Part shown: positions 25,079 through 35,906 of the stretch, one piece after another
Layout: every line of letters begins with the position of its first letter
Position numbering within the stretch: the first letter of the stretch is position 1
From: Dehalococcoidia bacterium
GTDB taxonomy: Bacteria; Chloroflexota; Dehalococcoidia; Plut-88900
Direction of reading: 5' to 3'
Assembly (NCBI GenBank): GCA_965249275.1
Contig: CBDFLQ010000006.1
Location: 892,492 to 956,491, forward strand
Length of the DNA stretch: 64,000 bases
Made by a program: the position numbers and the translations under genes
The notes under the pieces: generated by a model
The model's input: the letters and a program-made list of their open reading frames with translations, nothing else
Told to the model about the DNA's origin: nothing
Database searches by the model: none

Positions 25079-25849
25079 ATGTCCAGACCCCGAGTCTATA
25101 AGTCCGAGGCCATTGTCCTCCGCCACCAGAACCTCGGCGATGCGGACAAGATTGTCACCGTATACAGCCCATATTTGGGCAAGCTGAGGCTCGTGGGAAA
25201 GGGCGTGCTGAAGCCCAGGAGCAGGGTCGGAGGCCACGTCGAGCCGCTGTCCCGGGTCTCGCTGCTCATTGCACGGGGCCAGAATCTCGACGTCATAAGC
25301 CAGGTCAGCCCCATCGAAAGCTTCGTCGAGCTGCGGGATGACCTGCAGCGCACTGCCCAGGCCCTCTACGCCGCCGAGCTTATCGACCTCTTCACCGGCG
25401 AGGAAGATGCCAGCCCCGAGCTCTACGAGGCCCTTTTGGAAACGTTGAGAGCGCTGACCCTAAACAAGGACGGCGGCCTAGTCCTGCGCCGCTATGAGCT
25501 GCGCCTTCTGGCAATTCTCGGCTACGCGCCCGACCTCGACTCCTGCGTAGTGTGCCGGGCCTCGAGCTTCCAGGGTGGCGCATCCTTCAGTTCCGTCGGT
25601 GGCGGCCTCGTCTGCCCCGACTGCGCCGAGGGAGACGGGGCGGCGCGGCCCATCTCTCGGGACGCCCTGGCATCCTTCCGCTACCTTCGCAACTCAGATC
25701 CATCCGCGATAGCGGAAAAGGTGACCCCTGAACGGCTGGCCGGGGAGATGGAAATGACCCTGGGCCGCTACATCCGCTATCAGCTGGAGAGGGAGGTGAG
25801 GTCGGCGGGTTTCCTCGACCGGCTTGCGTCATTGCCTTCGAGGAGATAG
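25079..25849 (+). CDS. recO: DNA repair protein RecO
   Basis: EAIVLR...GDADKIV, GYAPDL..CVVC, GGLVCPDC. Confidence 0.93.
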   Translation: MSRPRVYKSEAIVLRHQNLGDADKIVTVYSPYLGKLRLVGKGVLKPRSRVGGHVEPLSRVSLLIARGQNLDVISQVSPIESFVELRDDLQRTAQALYAAELIDLFTGEEDASPELYEALLETLRALTLNKDGGLVLRRYELRLLAILGYAPDLDSCVVCRASSFQGGASFSSVGGGLVCPDCAEGDGAARPISRDALASFRYLRNSDPSAIAEKVTPERLAGEMEMTLGRYIRYQLEREVRSAGFLDRLASLPSRR

Positions 25850-25986
25850 CAGAGTTGAAAGGCAATGCCTTTTTCTGATTGTGGTCTTGGGCATCGCACG
25901 CGAGCGATGATCCGAGTTCCTAGCGGCGAAAAAGCCTGTGCTATACTCGCCTAAATCCCGATACCCTCCCCCCTGAAGGAGAATTC

Positions 25987-27291
25987 ATGTCTGACACTCA
26001 GCGCAGCTCGGAGCTCATGGCCCGGGCCTCCCAGTTCCTGGCCGGCGGCACCATGCACCACACCACCCACGGGTCCCTTCCCCAAGAGCTTCAGCCCATC
26101 GTGGCCCGGGGCGAAGGGAGCAGGTTCTGGGATGTTGACGGCAAGGAATATATCGACTATGTCATGGGGTCGGGGCCCCTGATCCTGGGCCACGCCCACC
26201 CCGAAGTCGTTGAGGCCGCTGAAAAGCAGGCCGCCGCCGGGTCCCAGTATTACAACCTCAGCGAGTCCATGATCGATCTCGCCGAGACTATTGTCAGCGC
26301 CGTTCCCTGCGGCCAGCGCATCAAGTTCGCAGGCTCGGGCAACGAGGCCACCATGATGGCCCTCCGCCTAGCCAGGGCGGTCACCGGCAAACCCAAGATC
26401 ATGAAGATGGAGGGCGGCTATCACGGCACCCACGACTACACAGCCTGGGCCGGTACCCACAAGGAGCCCTTCGAATATCCCTACCCGCCCAGCGACTCCC
26501 GCGGCATCCCCGACGCCCTTGCAGATCTCGTACTGGTGGCCCCCTTCAACGATATAGAGACTACCTCCCGCCTTATCGAGCGCAACAAGAATGAGCTGGC
26601 AGCGGTCATCGTGGAACCGGTACAGCGGAACATCCCTCCAAAGGTTGAGTTTTTGGAAGGGCTCCGGGACGTCACCCGCCGGTGTGACGTGGTACTCATT
26701 TTCGACGAGGTGGTGACCGGGTTCCGGCTCGCTTGGGGCGGAGGCCAGGAGTACTACGGCGTCTCTCCCGACCTTGCCACCATGGGCAAGGTTATAGGAG
26801 GCGGCTACCCCATCGGGGCCATAGTCGGCCAGAATGACCTCTTCTATCCCTTCACCCCCGAGGCAGCCGCCCGCGGTGAGTTGGCGATGTACGGCGGCAC
26901 CTTCAGCGGCAATCCCGCATCCATGGCCGCAGGCCGAGCTACCCTCAATGTCCTGAGACGGCCCGGCCAATACGAACGGCTGGCCACGATGGGCAAGAGG
27001 CTCGGGGACGGGCTCAAGGAATTGGGCCAGATGCTCGAGATCCCCATGTTCGTGTGTCAGGAAGGTTCGATAGTCGACGTACTATTCACCGACCAGCCCG
27101 TGACCCAATACCGGGACACCTGGTCGGCCGACGCTGACATGGGCCGAAGATTCAAGATGGGCCTCATCCGCCGAGGCGTCTGGAGCGTTCCCGGCGGCCC
27201 GAAAATGTACGTCTCGCTGGTCCACTCGGAAGAGGACATTGACCACACCCTCGCCGTCGCTGAGGAATCCCTGAGAGACCTCCGGGCTTAG
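25987..27291 (+). CDS. Class III PLP aminotransferase (GSA-aminomutase-like)
   Basis: DVDGKEYIDY, GYHG, FDEVVTGFR, GKVIGGGYP, GTFSGNP. Confidence 0.85.
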   Translation: MSDTQRSSELMARASQFLAGGTMHHTTHGSLPQELQPIVARGEGSRFWDVDGKEYIDYVMGSGPLILGHAHPEVVEAAEKQAAAGSQYYNLSESMIDLAETIVSAVPCGQRIKFAGSGNEATMMALRLARAVTGKPKIMKMEGGYHGTHDYTAWAGTHKEPFEYPYPPSDSRGIPDALADLVLVAPFNDIETTSRLIERNKNELAAVIVEPVQRNIPPKVEFLEGLRDVTRRCDVVLIFDEVVTGFRLAWGGGQEYYGVSPDLATMGKVIGGGYPIGAIVGQNDLFYPFTPEAAARGELAMYGGTFSGNPASMAAGRATLNVLRRPGQYERLATMGKRLGDGLKELGQMLEIPMFVCQEGSIVDVLFTDQPVTQYRDTWSADADMGRRFKMGLIRRGVWSVPGGPKMYVSLVHSEEDIDHTLAVAEESLRDLRA

Positions 27292-27299
27292 CCCCCCAC

Positions 27300-27515
27300 C
27301 CGAGGGGAGCCTGTCCGCCTAAGGCGGATCATTCCCGTGCCCCGACACGGGCCGAAGATGCGCCGTGCTGAAAGTGGAACATACGCCTCAGGTGGGTCCG
27401 CCTTTGGCGGAGCGTGAATCCATCCCCAGGCGGGGCCGCTCATCTTGTCGAAGATCCGCCTCAGGCGGGAGCCCCGTCGAAGGGTCGAGCGGGGGCGGCC
27501 CACGACTGCCAATCC
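27300..27515. repeat. Composite REP-like palindrome cluster including repeat copy B (27432-27515)
   Basis: Multiple TCCGCC-nnn-GGCGGA hairpins, a CATTCCCG...AATCC frame, and a copy of the 21216/50650 repeat. Confidence 0.75.
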
Positions 27516-27616
27516 ATCACATCCTCCCAAACAACCCACTCCCCTTCTCCCCCATCTCTCCCCACCTTTGACTCTCATTCCGAGCGCCCGGCGCAGTTGG
27601 CACACCAGGAGACAAC

Positions 27617-27913
27617 CTATACCTTGACACGTAGCACGGAACGAACCAATAGTCTGATTGTCACCATCACACCTGCGATTATGGGGGTCGTAGCTAATGC
27701 CGTAGCAGCCACTAGTAGAAGTTCGTCTATGGTCTCGTTGCGCAAATCTAGGTAATAGTCCGCGCATAAGGCGACCAGCCATACTATCAAAGCTGTGTAC
27801 CAGACAAGGGCAGCCGTTGCAATACTTCTAAGAAACCCCTTCAAGGATTCCCAGTAGCGTTGTTTGGTGGACGGATCATACATGCCCGCTTCAAACGGGT
27901 CGCATAGGCTCAT
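27617..27913 (-). CDS. Small hypothetical membrane protein
   Basis: 98 aa ORF with two hydrophobic helices in a lower-GC island. Confidence 0.45.
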   Translation of the reverse strand: MSLCDPFEAGMYDPSTKQRYWESLKGFLRSIATAALVWYTALIVWLVALCADYYLDLRNETIDELLLVAATALATTPIIAGVMVTIRLLVRSVLRVKV

Positions 27914-28130
27914 AAGCTCTCATTGTCCTAATGACTGAAAATGACTAGCTTCCGAGAGATTCCGTTTGGTTGTTGGATTTTATCAAATAACTACCGCGCG
28001 GACGCTTCACGCTGAACGGAAAACCCCACTCCCACCCCCCCTCCCATCCCGAGGCCCCGCGAAGAATCTAGGACTTGCCCACCCCTGTCATTTGTTCCCG
28101 AAAGGGGTAGGTCCAGACGATAAACAAGGG

Positions 28131-28373
28131 CTAAAGGACGGGTTCACCCCTAAGCTTAGCGAGGACATTATGCCCGTTCCAAGTGAGGCCAGTCACATCA
28201 TCCATATCGTCTGTAGTTACCAGCCCCGCTTCTTTACAGAGTCGCGCGTGAGCCCGTACAACTCCGTTTGAGTATCCATGGAAGATGGTCGCTTTTAACG
28301 TACCCTCCGACAAGGCGCTCTGTTCTTCAACGAGTTCTAGCATCTTTTGGATTAAATCTATGTCCCTCTTCAT
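28131..28373 (-). CDS. DUF2513-like winged-helix protein
   Basis: MKRDIDLI start and GLTWNGH..L..LR signature; SD GAGGA. Confidence 0.75.
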   Translation of the reverse strand: MKRDIDLIQKMLELVEEQSALSEGTLKATIFHGYSNGVVRAHARLCKEAGLVTTDDMDDVTGLTWNGHNVLAKLRGEPVL

Positions 28374-28531
28374 AGTCGTCCTCGTCAGTCTAGAGATTCC
28401 CGAATGAGAAAGACACCGTCAGGCTTTCGGCACTTTCGTTCAACGAGTGCCGACTTAAGCATCTGGCGAAGTTTCAATATGCCACATTTTCATCGCGTTA
28501 TCAATTTCGCTCACATTTATCCCCCCACCCC

Positions 28532-29920
28532 CTACCCCCTCGCCGCCAGCCTCACCATCAAATAAGCCATATCCCTGTCCCCCTTGATCGAATTGCACGC
28601 CGCGCAAAGCAACTGAAGGTTCTCCAGGTGGTCCGTCCCTCCCTTGGCCCGAGGCACCACGTGATCAATCGTCAGGTTGTGGATTGGGAACAGAATCTTG
28701 CACCCGGCACAGTTCCCCGCCTGCTGGCCGAACAGCACGTGCTTCTGCTTCCGGTACGGGATCGGAGCCTCGATATCCATGCGCCGAGGTATATCCGTCC
28801 GGGCCGTGACGTAGCCGTGGTGAAAGAGGCTGCCCATGGCCTGCTGCAACCGCATGTTCACCAGTTCGACCGCTTTCGGAGAGACGTCTATCCCCACCCA
28901 CTTCCTCCCCAACATCTCCGCCGCGACGCACGCGGTTGCACACCCGCAGAACGGGTCCAGAACCATGTCACCGGGATTAGAAGACGCCGAGATAATCCGT
29001 TCCAGCAGCGCAAGTGGCTTTTGAGTCGGGTAGCCAGTTCGCTCTTTTGCGTGGGCTTGGACAGGCTTGATGTCCGTCCACTGATCCTGCAAGGGAACGC
29101 CTGGCATTTCATCGAGATAGCGTTTATACCTAGGGACCGCTCCCGGCTTGCTCTGAACTATGCGACCCTCTTTGGCCAGTTTAGCCATCTGTTCTTGGCT
29201 ATACCTCCAGTATCGTATGACCCCAAGTAATTCATAGTGGGGATTTCCTTTAGCGTCACCACCTGGCCCTGTTAAATCGCCAAGTGTGTATCTTCTGCCC
29301 GTTTCCGGCTCTATGTGACGATAGAAGCGGTCTACATAGTCTTGGTCGTATTCCGTATAGATTGGGTTCCACGTCCAACTGTCTCCCTTGGAGTAGAAGA
29401 GTAGGGAGTCACGTATGCGCCCGTGCTGGCGTCGGCCTTGCTTGGTGTCGCTGTGGGCGCTACTCCGCTTCCAAGATATATCGCTGCGGAAGTTGCCTGC
29501 CCCGAATACCGAGTCCATCAACATCTTGAGATAGTGCCCCGCCGTCGGGTCGCAATGCAGGTAGATAGAGCCGGTGCCCTTCAGCACCCGCCGCATCTCA
29601 ACCAGCCGCACCGCCATCATACACAGGTAGGACTGCATCCCCTTCCCGTGCGTCAGCCCCGCCGCCTCTATCAGCTTGTACATCGCCGGTTGCTCGTCGG
29701 CAATCAACCCCATCCACGCAACATCCAACTCTGAAAGCGTCCACGTGTCCTTAAACGCCGCCCCTGCCGCCCGTGACCCGACCGGTGCGGCATAGTTCCG
29801 GTTGGAATTGAACGGCGGATCGAGATATATCAGGTCCACCGACTCGGAGTTCAACCCCCTCAAAATATCCAGGTTGTCCCCCGTCCAAATCGTCTTGTCT
29901 ACAAAATTAGCTTCAGCCAT
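28532..29920 (-). CDS. N4/N6 DNA methyltransferase fused to a C-terminal HNH nuclease
   Basis: DLIYLDPPF, YPTQKP, DPFCGC motifs; CAGC...DHVVPRAKGGTDH..NLQLLCAACN HNH motif. Confidence 0.92.
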   Translation of the reverse strand: MAEANFVDKTIWTGDNLDILRGLNSESVDLIYLDPPFNSNRNYAAPVGSRAAGAAFKDTWTLSELDVAWMGLIADEQPAMYKLIEAAGLTHGKGMQSYLCMMAVRLVEMRRVLKGTGSIYLHCDPTAGHYLKMLMDSVFGAGNFRSDISWKRSSAHSDTKQGRRQHGRIRDSLLFYSKGDSWTWNPIYTEYDQDYVDRFYRHIEPETGRRYTLGDLTGPGGDAKGNPHYELLGVIRYWRYSQEQMAKLAKEGRIVQSKPGAVPRYKRYLDEMPGVPLQDQWTDIKPVQAHAKERTGYPTQKPLALLERIISASSNPGDMVLDPFCGCATACVAAEMLGRKWVGIDVSPKAVELVNMRLQQAMGSLFHHGYVTARTDIPRRMDIEAPIPYRKQKHVLFGQQAGNCAGCKILFPIHNLTIDHVVPRAKGGTDHLENLQLLCAACNSIKGDRDMAYLMVRLAARG

Positions 29921-29966
29921 GCCGCTAGTGTAGATTAACTGTCAACTTCCCCTCCCCCTTGGTAAC

Positions 29967-30007
29967 GACATATCAGCCATGTTGCAGAGCAACATGGCTG
30001 ATATGTC
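29967..30007. repeat. Perfect 19-bp inverted repeat
   Basis: GACATATCAGCCATGTTGC-AGA-GCAACATGGCTGATATGTC. Confidence 0.9.
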
Positions 30008-30067
30008 AATAAAACAGGGCGGGGGGGGCGGGACTCAATATATCCCTGAGGGTGGTGAGACATACCT

Positions 30068-30117
30068 CCAAAAGTGACACGAACCCCTTGACCAAACTTG
30101 TACACTTGTACTATATT
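30068..30117 (+). promoter_or_regulatory. Repeated promoter (copy 1) with LexA-like box
   Basis: 29-nt identity with 53997-54025; TTGACC-N18-TATATT; GTAC-ACTT-GTAC at 30100-30111. Confidence 0.65.
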
Positions 30118-30306
30118 CACCTCCGATAGGCCAATCACTCACCCTAAACCCAAAGGAGGTACCAAAAACTAGGGAAGCCCACCCGACCCACCCGAGGACT
30201 CAACGCCCCAGCCCATCCCAACGGCCCTCGCGCAGACCCGCGGCACAAGCGAAAGTCGCCATCTCCTCATCCCCACCGGGTCCCGTGCCCCCTTCCCTGT
30301 CCCCCA

Positions 30307-30790
30307 GGCGATGGAAAGACGCCCTGGTTCGCTTATGTTCCATGTGAACCCCCTCTAAGACGCCCTCAGCCTCTTACAGGGAAACCCTCCCTCGGGAGGA
30401 ACACGCTCTTTCGAGCGGAATAGCGGTCGGATAGACCCGGCGCTGAGGTCCTCTCGGTACACCGTCCGCTTAATGAAGCCGGGAGCCGGTGGTCTACGCG
30501 CTCCTGGTCGCACCGGCAAACTCGGACACACTACGCCTGCAGAGGCCCGGCGTCGGACGCTGGACGAGCCTCCTTGCCGCCCTATAGCGGTGCAGCCAAC
30601 CCTCGGAGTCGGACTCGGACCTGCTGGCCCTGAAGGTCCCTGCCCATGTCCGGCGTATACAGGGCCACAGGCCGCAGCAGCGGCAGGCGGCGGTAGTCCG
30701 CCCCAGTCGGGCCGGCGTCCTTCCCCCAGCGCGTCGGAACACCCGAACCACAGGAACGGGGGCAGCGTCCAGCAAGCGTCTTCCATCGCC
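30307..30790 (+). ncRNA. Candidate large structured ncRNA 1 (about 484 nt)
   Basis: Ends pair (GGCGATGGAAAGACGC / GCGTCTTCCATCGCC); many nested helices; GAAA and UUCG-type loops; no credible ORF. Confidence 0.55.
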
Positions 30791-30981
30791 AACCCACCCC
30801 AAACAAACAGAACACACCGAAACCCCACCACCCATAACTGAATAACCCCCCTCCCCCGGCATAACGCCTTTGCGTAACTGTCATTCCCGAGAAATCAGAG
30901 TCCGGAAACGGTGTGAAGTGTGGGATGTTCCAGTTGTGACCAAACCCTGCGTGTGGTAGCATACTGCCCCGTCGCACGACC

Positions 30982-31953
30982 ATGATACTTACCGCCGTAG
31001 GCGCCTATCCGAAAATCACTGAAGGGCCCGAGGGACAGAGGCTCCGTAGAGCCATAGCCCGCTCCGATAGAGGAGACATCACCCCCGAAGACCTCGCCCG
31101 GGTTGAGGACGACGTCACACGGGAGGTCATCGAACAGCAGGTTGCCGCAGGCCTCGACATGGTCACCGACGGCATGATTCGCTGGGACGATGGGCAGACA
31201 TACATCGCCCGTAACCTGGAAGGCTTCGAGGCAACGGGCCTCCTGCGCTACTTCGACACCAACACCTATTACCGCCAGCCTGTAGCCACGGGCCCCATCA
31301 GCTGGAAGGGCCCCATCACCGTATCTGACTACCGGTTCGCCGCGGGCTGCACTTCGCTGCAGGTCAAGGCGATTATCACCGGCCCCTATACCCTGGCCAA
31401 GCTCTCCCGCTCCGACCACCACCGGGACCTCACTCACCTCGCTACGGATCTGGCCGACGCCCTCAGGCAGGAAGCCCTTGCCCTGGAAAGCGAGGGCGTG
31501 CCCCTTCTCCAGGTAGACGAGCCTGCCATTGTCAGGAACAAAGAGGACTGGGCACTCTTCCGTGAGGTGATGGACCGCTTCACCCAGGGTTTGAACGTAG
31601 AGCGGATGTTGTACACCTGGTTTGGTGACGTCACCGGGCTGGATGGCTTTTTTGATCTTCCCTTCCACGGCTTCGGCCTGGACTTCGTCAAGGGCCCGGC
31701 CAACTTTGACCTGCTGGACCGGTTCCCCGCAGACAAGACCCTGGGCCTCGGCATCCTGGACGCCCGCAACGTCCGCCTGGAAACGGTCGAGCATATTTCG
31801 AATACTCTTACGGAGACCTCGCGGCGGGTGTCTCTGGCCCGCATTCACCTGACCCCCAGCTGCGGGCTCGACTACCTGCCCCGGGACACGGCAATAGCTA
31901 AGCTGAGGCGCATGTCTGAGGGCGCAGCGGCGCTGAAGGAGGCGGTAAGTTAG
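30982..31953 (+). CDS. MetE-like protein, N-terminal (probably non-catalytic) half of a split methionine synthase
   Basis: TDGMIRW, ITGPYTL, QVDEP, PSCGL; the Zn-binding HxC is replaced by YTW. Confidence 0.8.
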   Translation: MILTAVGAYPKITEGPEGQRLRRAIARSDRGDITPEDLARVEDDVTREVIEQQVAAGLDMVTDGMIRWDDGQTYIARNLEGFEATGLLRYFDTNTYYRQPVATGPISWKGPITVSDYRFAAGCTSLQVKAIITGPYTLAKLSRSDHHRDLTHLATDLADALRQEALALESEGVPLLQVDEPAIVRNKEDWALFREVMDRFTQGLNVERMLYTWFGDVTGLDGFFDLPFHGFGLDFVKGPANFDLLDRFPADKTLGLGILDARNVRLETVEHISNTLTETSRRVSLARIHLTPSCGLDYLPRDTAIAKLRRMSEGAAALKEAVS

Positions 31954-32925
31954 ATGGGAGCCTTGTTGACGACCTCCGTAGGAAGCTTCCCCAAGCCTCC
32001 TTACCTGAGAAAGGCCAGGGGACGCTACTCCCGCGGCGAGATGGACCGGCAGGAGCTCCGGGAGCTGGAGTTGCAGGCAACCCGCGAGTGGATCGAGGCC
32101 CAGGAGGAGATCGGCATCGACATCCTTGTCGACGGGGAGATGGACCGTGGCGACATGGTCACTTATTTCGCCGAGAACCTGGACGGGTTCGCAATCAGCG
32201 GCCTGGTCCGCTCCTACGGCAACCGCTACTACCGCAAGCCAATTGCCACCGGCCCCATTAAAAGGCGTCAGCCCGTCACCCTTGACACCTGGAAATACGC
32301 CCAGAGCCTCACCGAAAAGCCGGTCAAAGGCATGCTCACCGGCCCTTATACCATCTGCGACTGGTCTTTCGACGAGTACTTCCCCAACCGTGAAGCCTTC
32401 ATTATGAACGTGGCTGAGTTTGTGCGAGACGAGGCCCGGGACCTGGAAGCCGCCGGCGCCACCTATATTCAGATCGACGAGCCCGCCCTCTCTACCCGCC
32501 CGGAGGAGATCGACGTCGCCATCCGGGCCATGGGCGTCGTCACCGAGGGCCTCACCGCCACGACCATTACCCATATTTGCTACGGTGATTTCGCCAAAAT
32601 ATATCCCCGGATGCTGGATATGCCCGTAGACATCTTCGACCTGGAGATGGCCAACAGCGGCTACCAGCTCATGGATGTGTTCGCCTCCCACCCCTTCAGA
32701 AAGATGTTGTCCGCCGGCGTCGTCGACGTGCACAGCCACCAGATAGAACCCCCCGAAGAGGTTGCCGAAGGTGTGCGCCGGGTCCTGACCCAGTTCTCCC
32801 TCGACCAGATCCTCGCCGACCCCGACTGCGGGCTCAAGACCCGAACGGTGGAAGAGGCCAAGGCCAAGCTGAAGGCCGTCAGGATGGGAGTGGACCTCGT
32901 CAAAGAGCAGCTGGGCGTCGCCTAG
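31954..32925 (+). CDS. metE: Cobalamin-independent methionine synthase catalytic half
   Basis: TTSVGSFP, DGEMDRGDMVTYF, KGMLTGPYT, THICY, PDCGLKTR; SD AAGGAGG. Confidence 0.88.
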   Translation: MGALLTTSVGSFPKPPYLRKARGRYSRGEMDRQELRELELQATREWIEAQEEIGIDILVDGEMDRGDMVTYFAENLDGFAISGLVRSYGNRYYRKPIATGPIKRRQPVTLDTWKYAQSLTEKPVKGMLTGPYTICDWSFDEYFPNREAFIMNVAEFVRDEARDLEAAGATYIQIDEPALSTRPEEIDVAIRAMGVVTEGLTATTITHICYGDFAKIYPRMLDMPVDIFDLEMANSGYQLMDVFASHPFRKMLSAGVVDVHSHQIEPPEEVAEGVRRVLTQFSLDQILADPDCGLKTRTVEEAKAKLKAVRMGVDLVKEQLGVA

Positions 32926-33012
32926 GGTCCAACCGGCCCTCAAAGCAGAACGCCTGGCTCCCCCAGCAAGCTTCCTGTAGGGTGCAAGCTAAGTAGAGAA
33001 GGGCAGGCCGGT

Positions 33013-34038
33013 TTGAGAGCGGTATCGATAGAGGAACACGGCGGCCCCGAGGTCCTGCAGGTCCACAAGGTGCCCAACCCGGAGATCGGGCCCCTGGAGG
33101 TCTTGATCAAAGTCTGGGCCTGCGGCGTCAACCACGTCGACCTCTATCTTCGACAGGGAATCATCGGCGCTACCATACCCCTGCCCGCGATCCCCGGCCG
33201 AGAGGTTGCCGGAGAGATCGTCGAAATGGGTGAGTTGGTCACCGACTTCTCCATCGGAGACAGGGTGACGGTCATCCCTCGCTTCCCCTGCGGCAACTGC
33301 GACCCGTGCCGCATCGGGGAGGAGGGCATGTGCCTCAAGGCGGCCAGCATCCCCGGCGGTTATGCCGAGCTCACCAAGGCTCCCGTCTCCAGCCTCATTC
33401 TTCTCCCGCCGGAGGTTTCCTACGACATGGGCGCCAGCGTCGCTCTCGCCTATCTCACGGCATGGCACATGCTGATCACCCGGGCCAAGGTGCGGAGTGG
33501 GGAGGACGTGCTCGTTCACGCGGCGGGCAGCGGAGTCGGCAGCGGGGCGATCCAGATAGCAAAGATGGCCGGGGCCCGCGTCTTGGCCACCGCATCCTCG
33601 GACATCAAGCTGGAGCGGGCCCGCCAGATCGGCGCCGACGAGACCATCAACTACTCCACTGAAGACTTCAGGGACTCCGTGATGGGCCTCACCGAGGGCC
33701 GCGGCGTAGATATCGTAGTGGAGCACATTGGCACCGATACGTGGCAGAGCAGCATCGGGTGCCTGGCCTTCAATGGCCGGCTGGTGACCTCCGGGGCACA
33801 CACCGGGGTTTACGGCAGGATCAACATCCAGGAGCTGTTCATCAAGCAGCTAACCATCATCGGGTCCTACCTGGGCTCGCGCCACGAGCTGGCCCAACTG
33901 CTCAAGGTAGTGGCCCAGGGCAAGGTCAAGCCTGCCATAGACAGCGTCTATCCCCTGGAGGGCGCCAAAGAGGCGCACCAGATGATGGAGGAGAGGCGCC
34001 AGTTCGGCAAGCTGCTGATCAAACCCTGGCTCCGATAG
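33013..34038 (+). CDS. Zn-binding alcohol dehydrogenase/quinone oxidoreductase (MDR family)
   Basis: CGVNH, CGNCDPC...C structural Zn site, AAGSGVG, FGKLL. Confidence 0.9.
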   Translation: MRAVSIEEHGGPEVLQVHKVPNPEIGPLEVLIKVWACGVNHVDLYLRQGIIGATIPLPAIPGREVAGEIVEMGELVTDFSIGDRVTVIPRFPCGNCDPCRIGEEGMCLKAASIPGGYAELTKAPVSSLILLPPEVSYDMGASVALAYLTAWHMLITRAKVRSGEDVLVHAAGSGVGSGAIQIAKMAGARVLATASSDIKLERARQIGADETINYSTEDFRDSVMGLTEGRGVDIVVEHIGTDTWQSSIGCLAFNGRLVTSGAHTGVYGRINIQELFIKQLTIIGSYLGSRHELAQLLKVVAQGKVKPAIDSVYPLEGAKEAHQMMEERRQFGKLLIKPWLR

Positions 34039-34120
34039 ACTTTCCCGTTTCGTTCCTCATTCGATCTCTCTATTAAGAGAGAGCCAGGATGATCCCCAGT
34101 CCCCACACCCCTTGAAACCA

Positions 34121-34155
34121 TTATTGGTGAATGCGCATAGCGCATTCACCAATAA
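34121..34155. repeat. Perfect 16-bp inverted repeat
   Basis: TTATTGGTGAATGCGC-ATA-GCGCATTCACCAATAA between convergent genes. Confidence 0.85.
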
Positions 34156-34180
34156 CCTATAACTCTTCGGAAAGAACAAC

Positions 34181-34203
34181 GGGCCGGCGCTGAGCGCCGG
34201 CCC
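34181..34203 (-). terminator. Probable groEL terminator
   Basis: GGGCCGGCGC-TGA-GCGCCGGCCC with T-rich tail on the minus strand. Confidence 0.7.
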
Positions 34204-34241
34204 ATTATTACTATTCGGTTGTGAATTGCCGTCCTGTTGGA

Positions 34242-35861
<1,620 letters not shown>

Positions 35862-35906
35862 TTAAGCTCCTTTCCTAATTCTTCCCGGTCCAGGTGTGCC
35901 CCGGAA

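Noticed and set aside
30307-30790. Cobalamin or SAM riboswitch upstream of metE, or RNase P/tmRNA
   Set aside because: No B12-box, no SAM-I AUC..GAGA core, no GAGGAAAGUCC and no tRNA-like ends were seen; only faint group I-like words (GGGAAACCC, UAGUCC), which are insufficient.
31951-31953. Pyrrolysine readthrough of the TAG between the metE halves
   Set aside because: A strong SD and an immediate ATG explain independent initiation; no pyl genes in the window.
30895-32943. 682-aa antisense ORF and similar long shadow ORFs over nuoD, rpoB, rpoC and groEL
   Set aside because: Antisense shadows of high-GC3 genes with no motifs.
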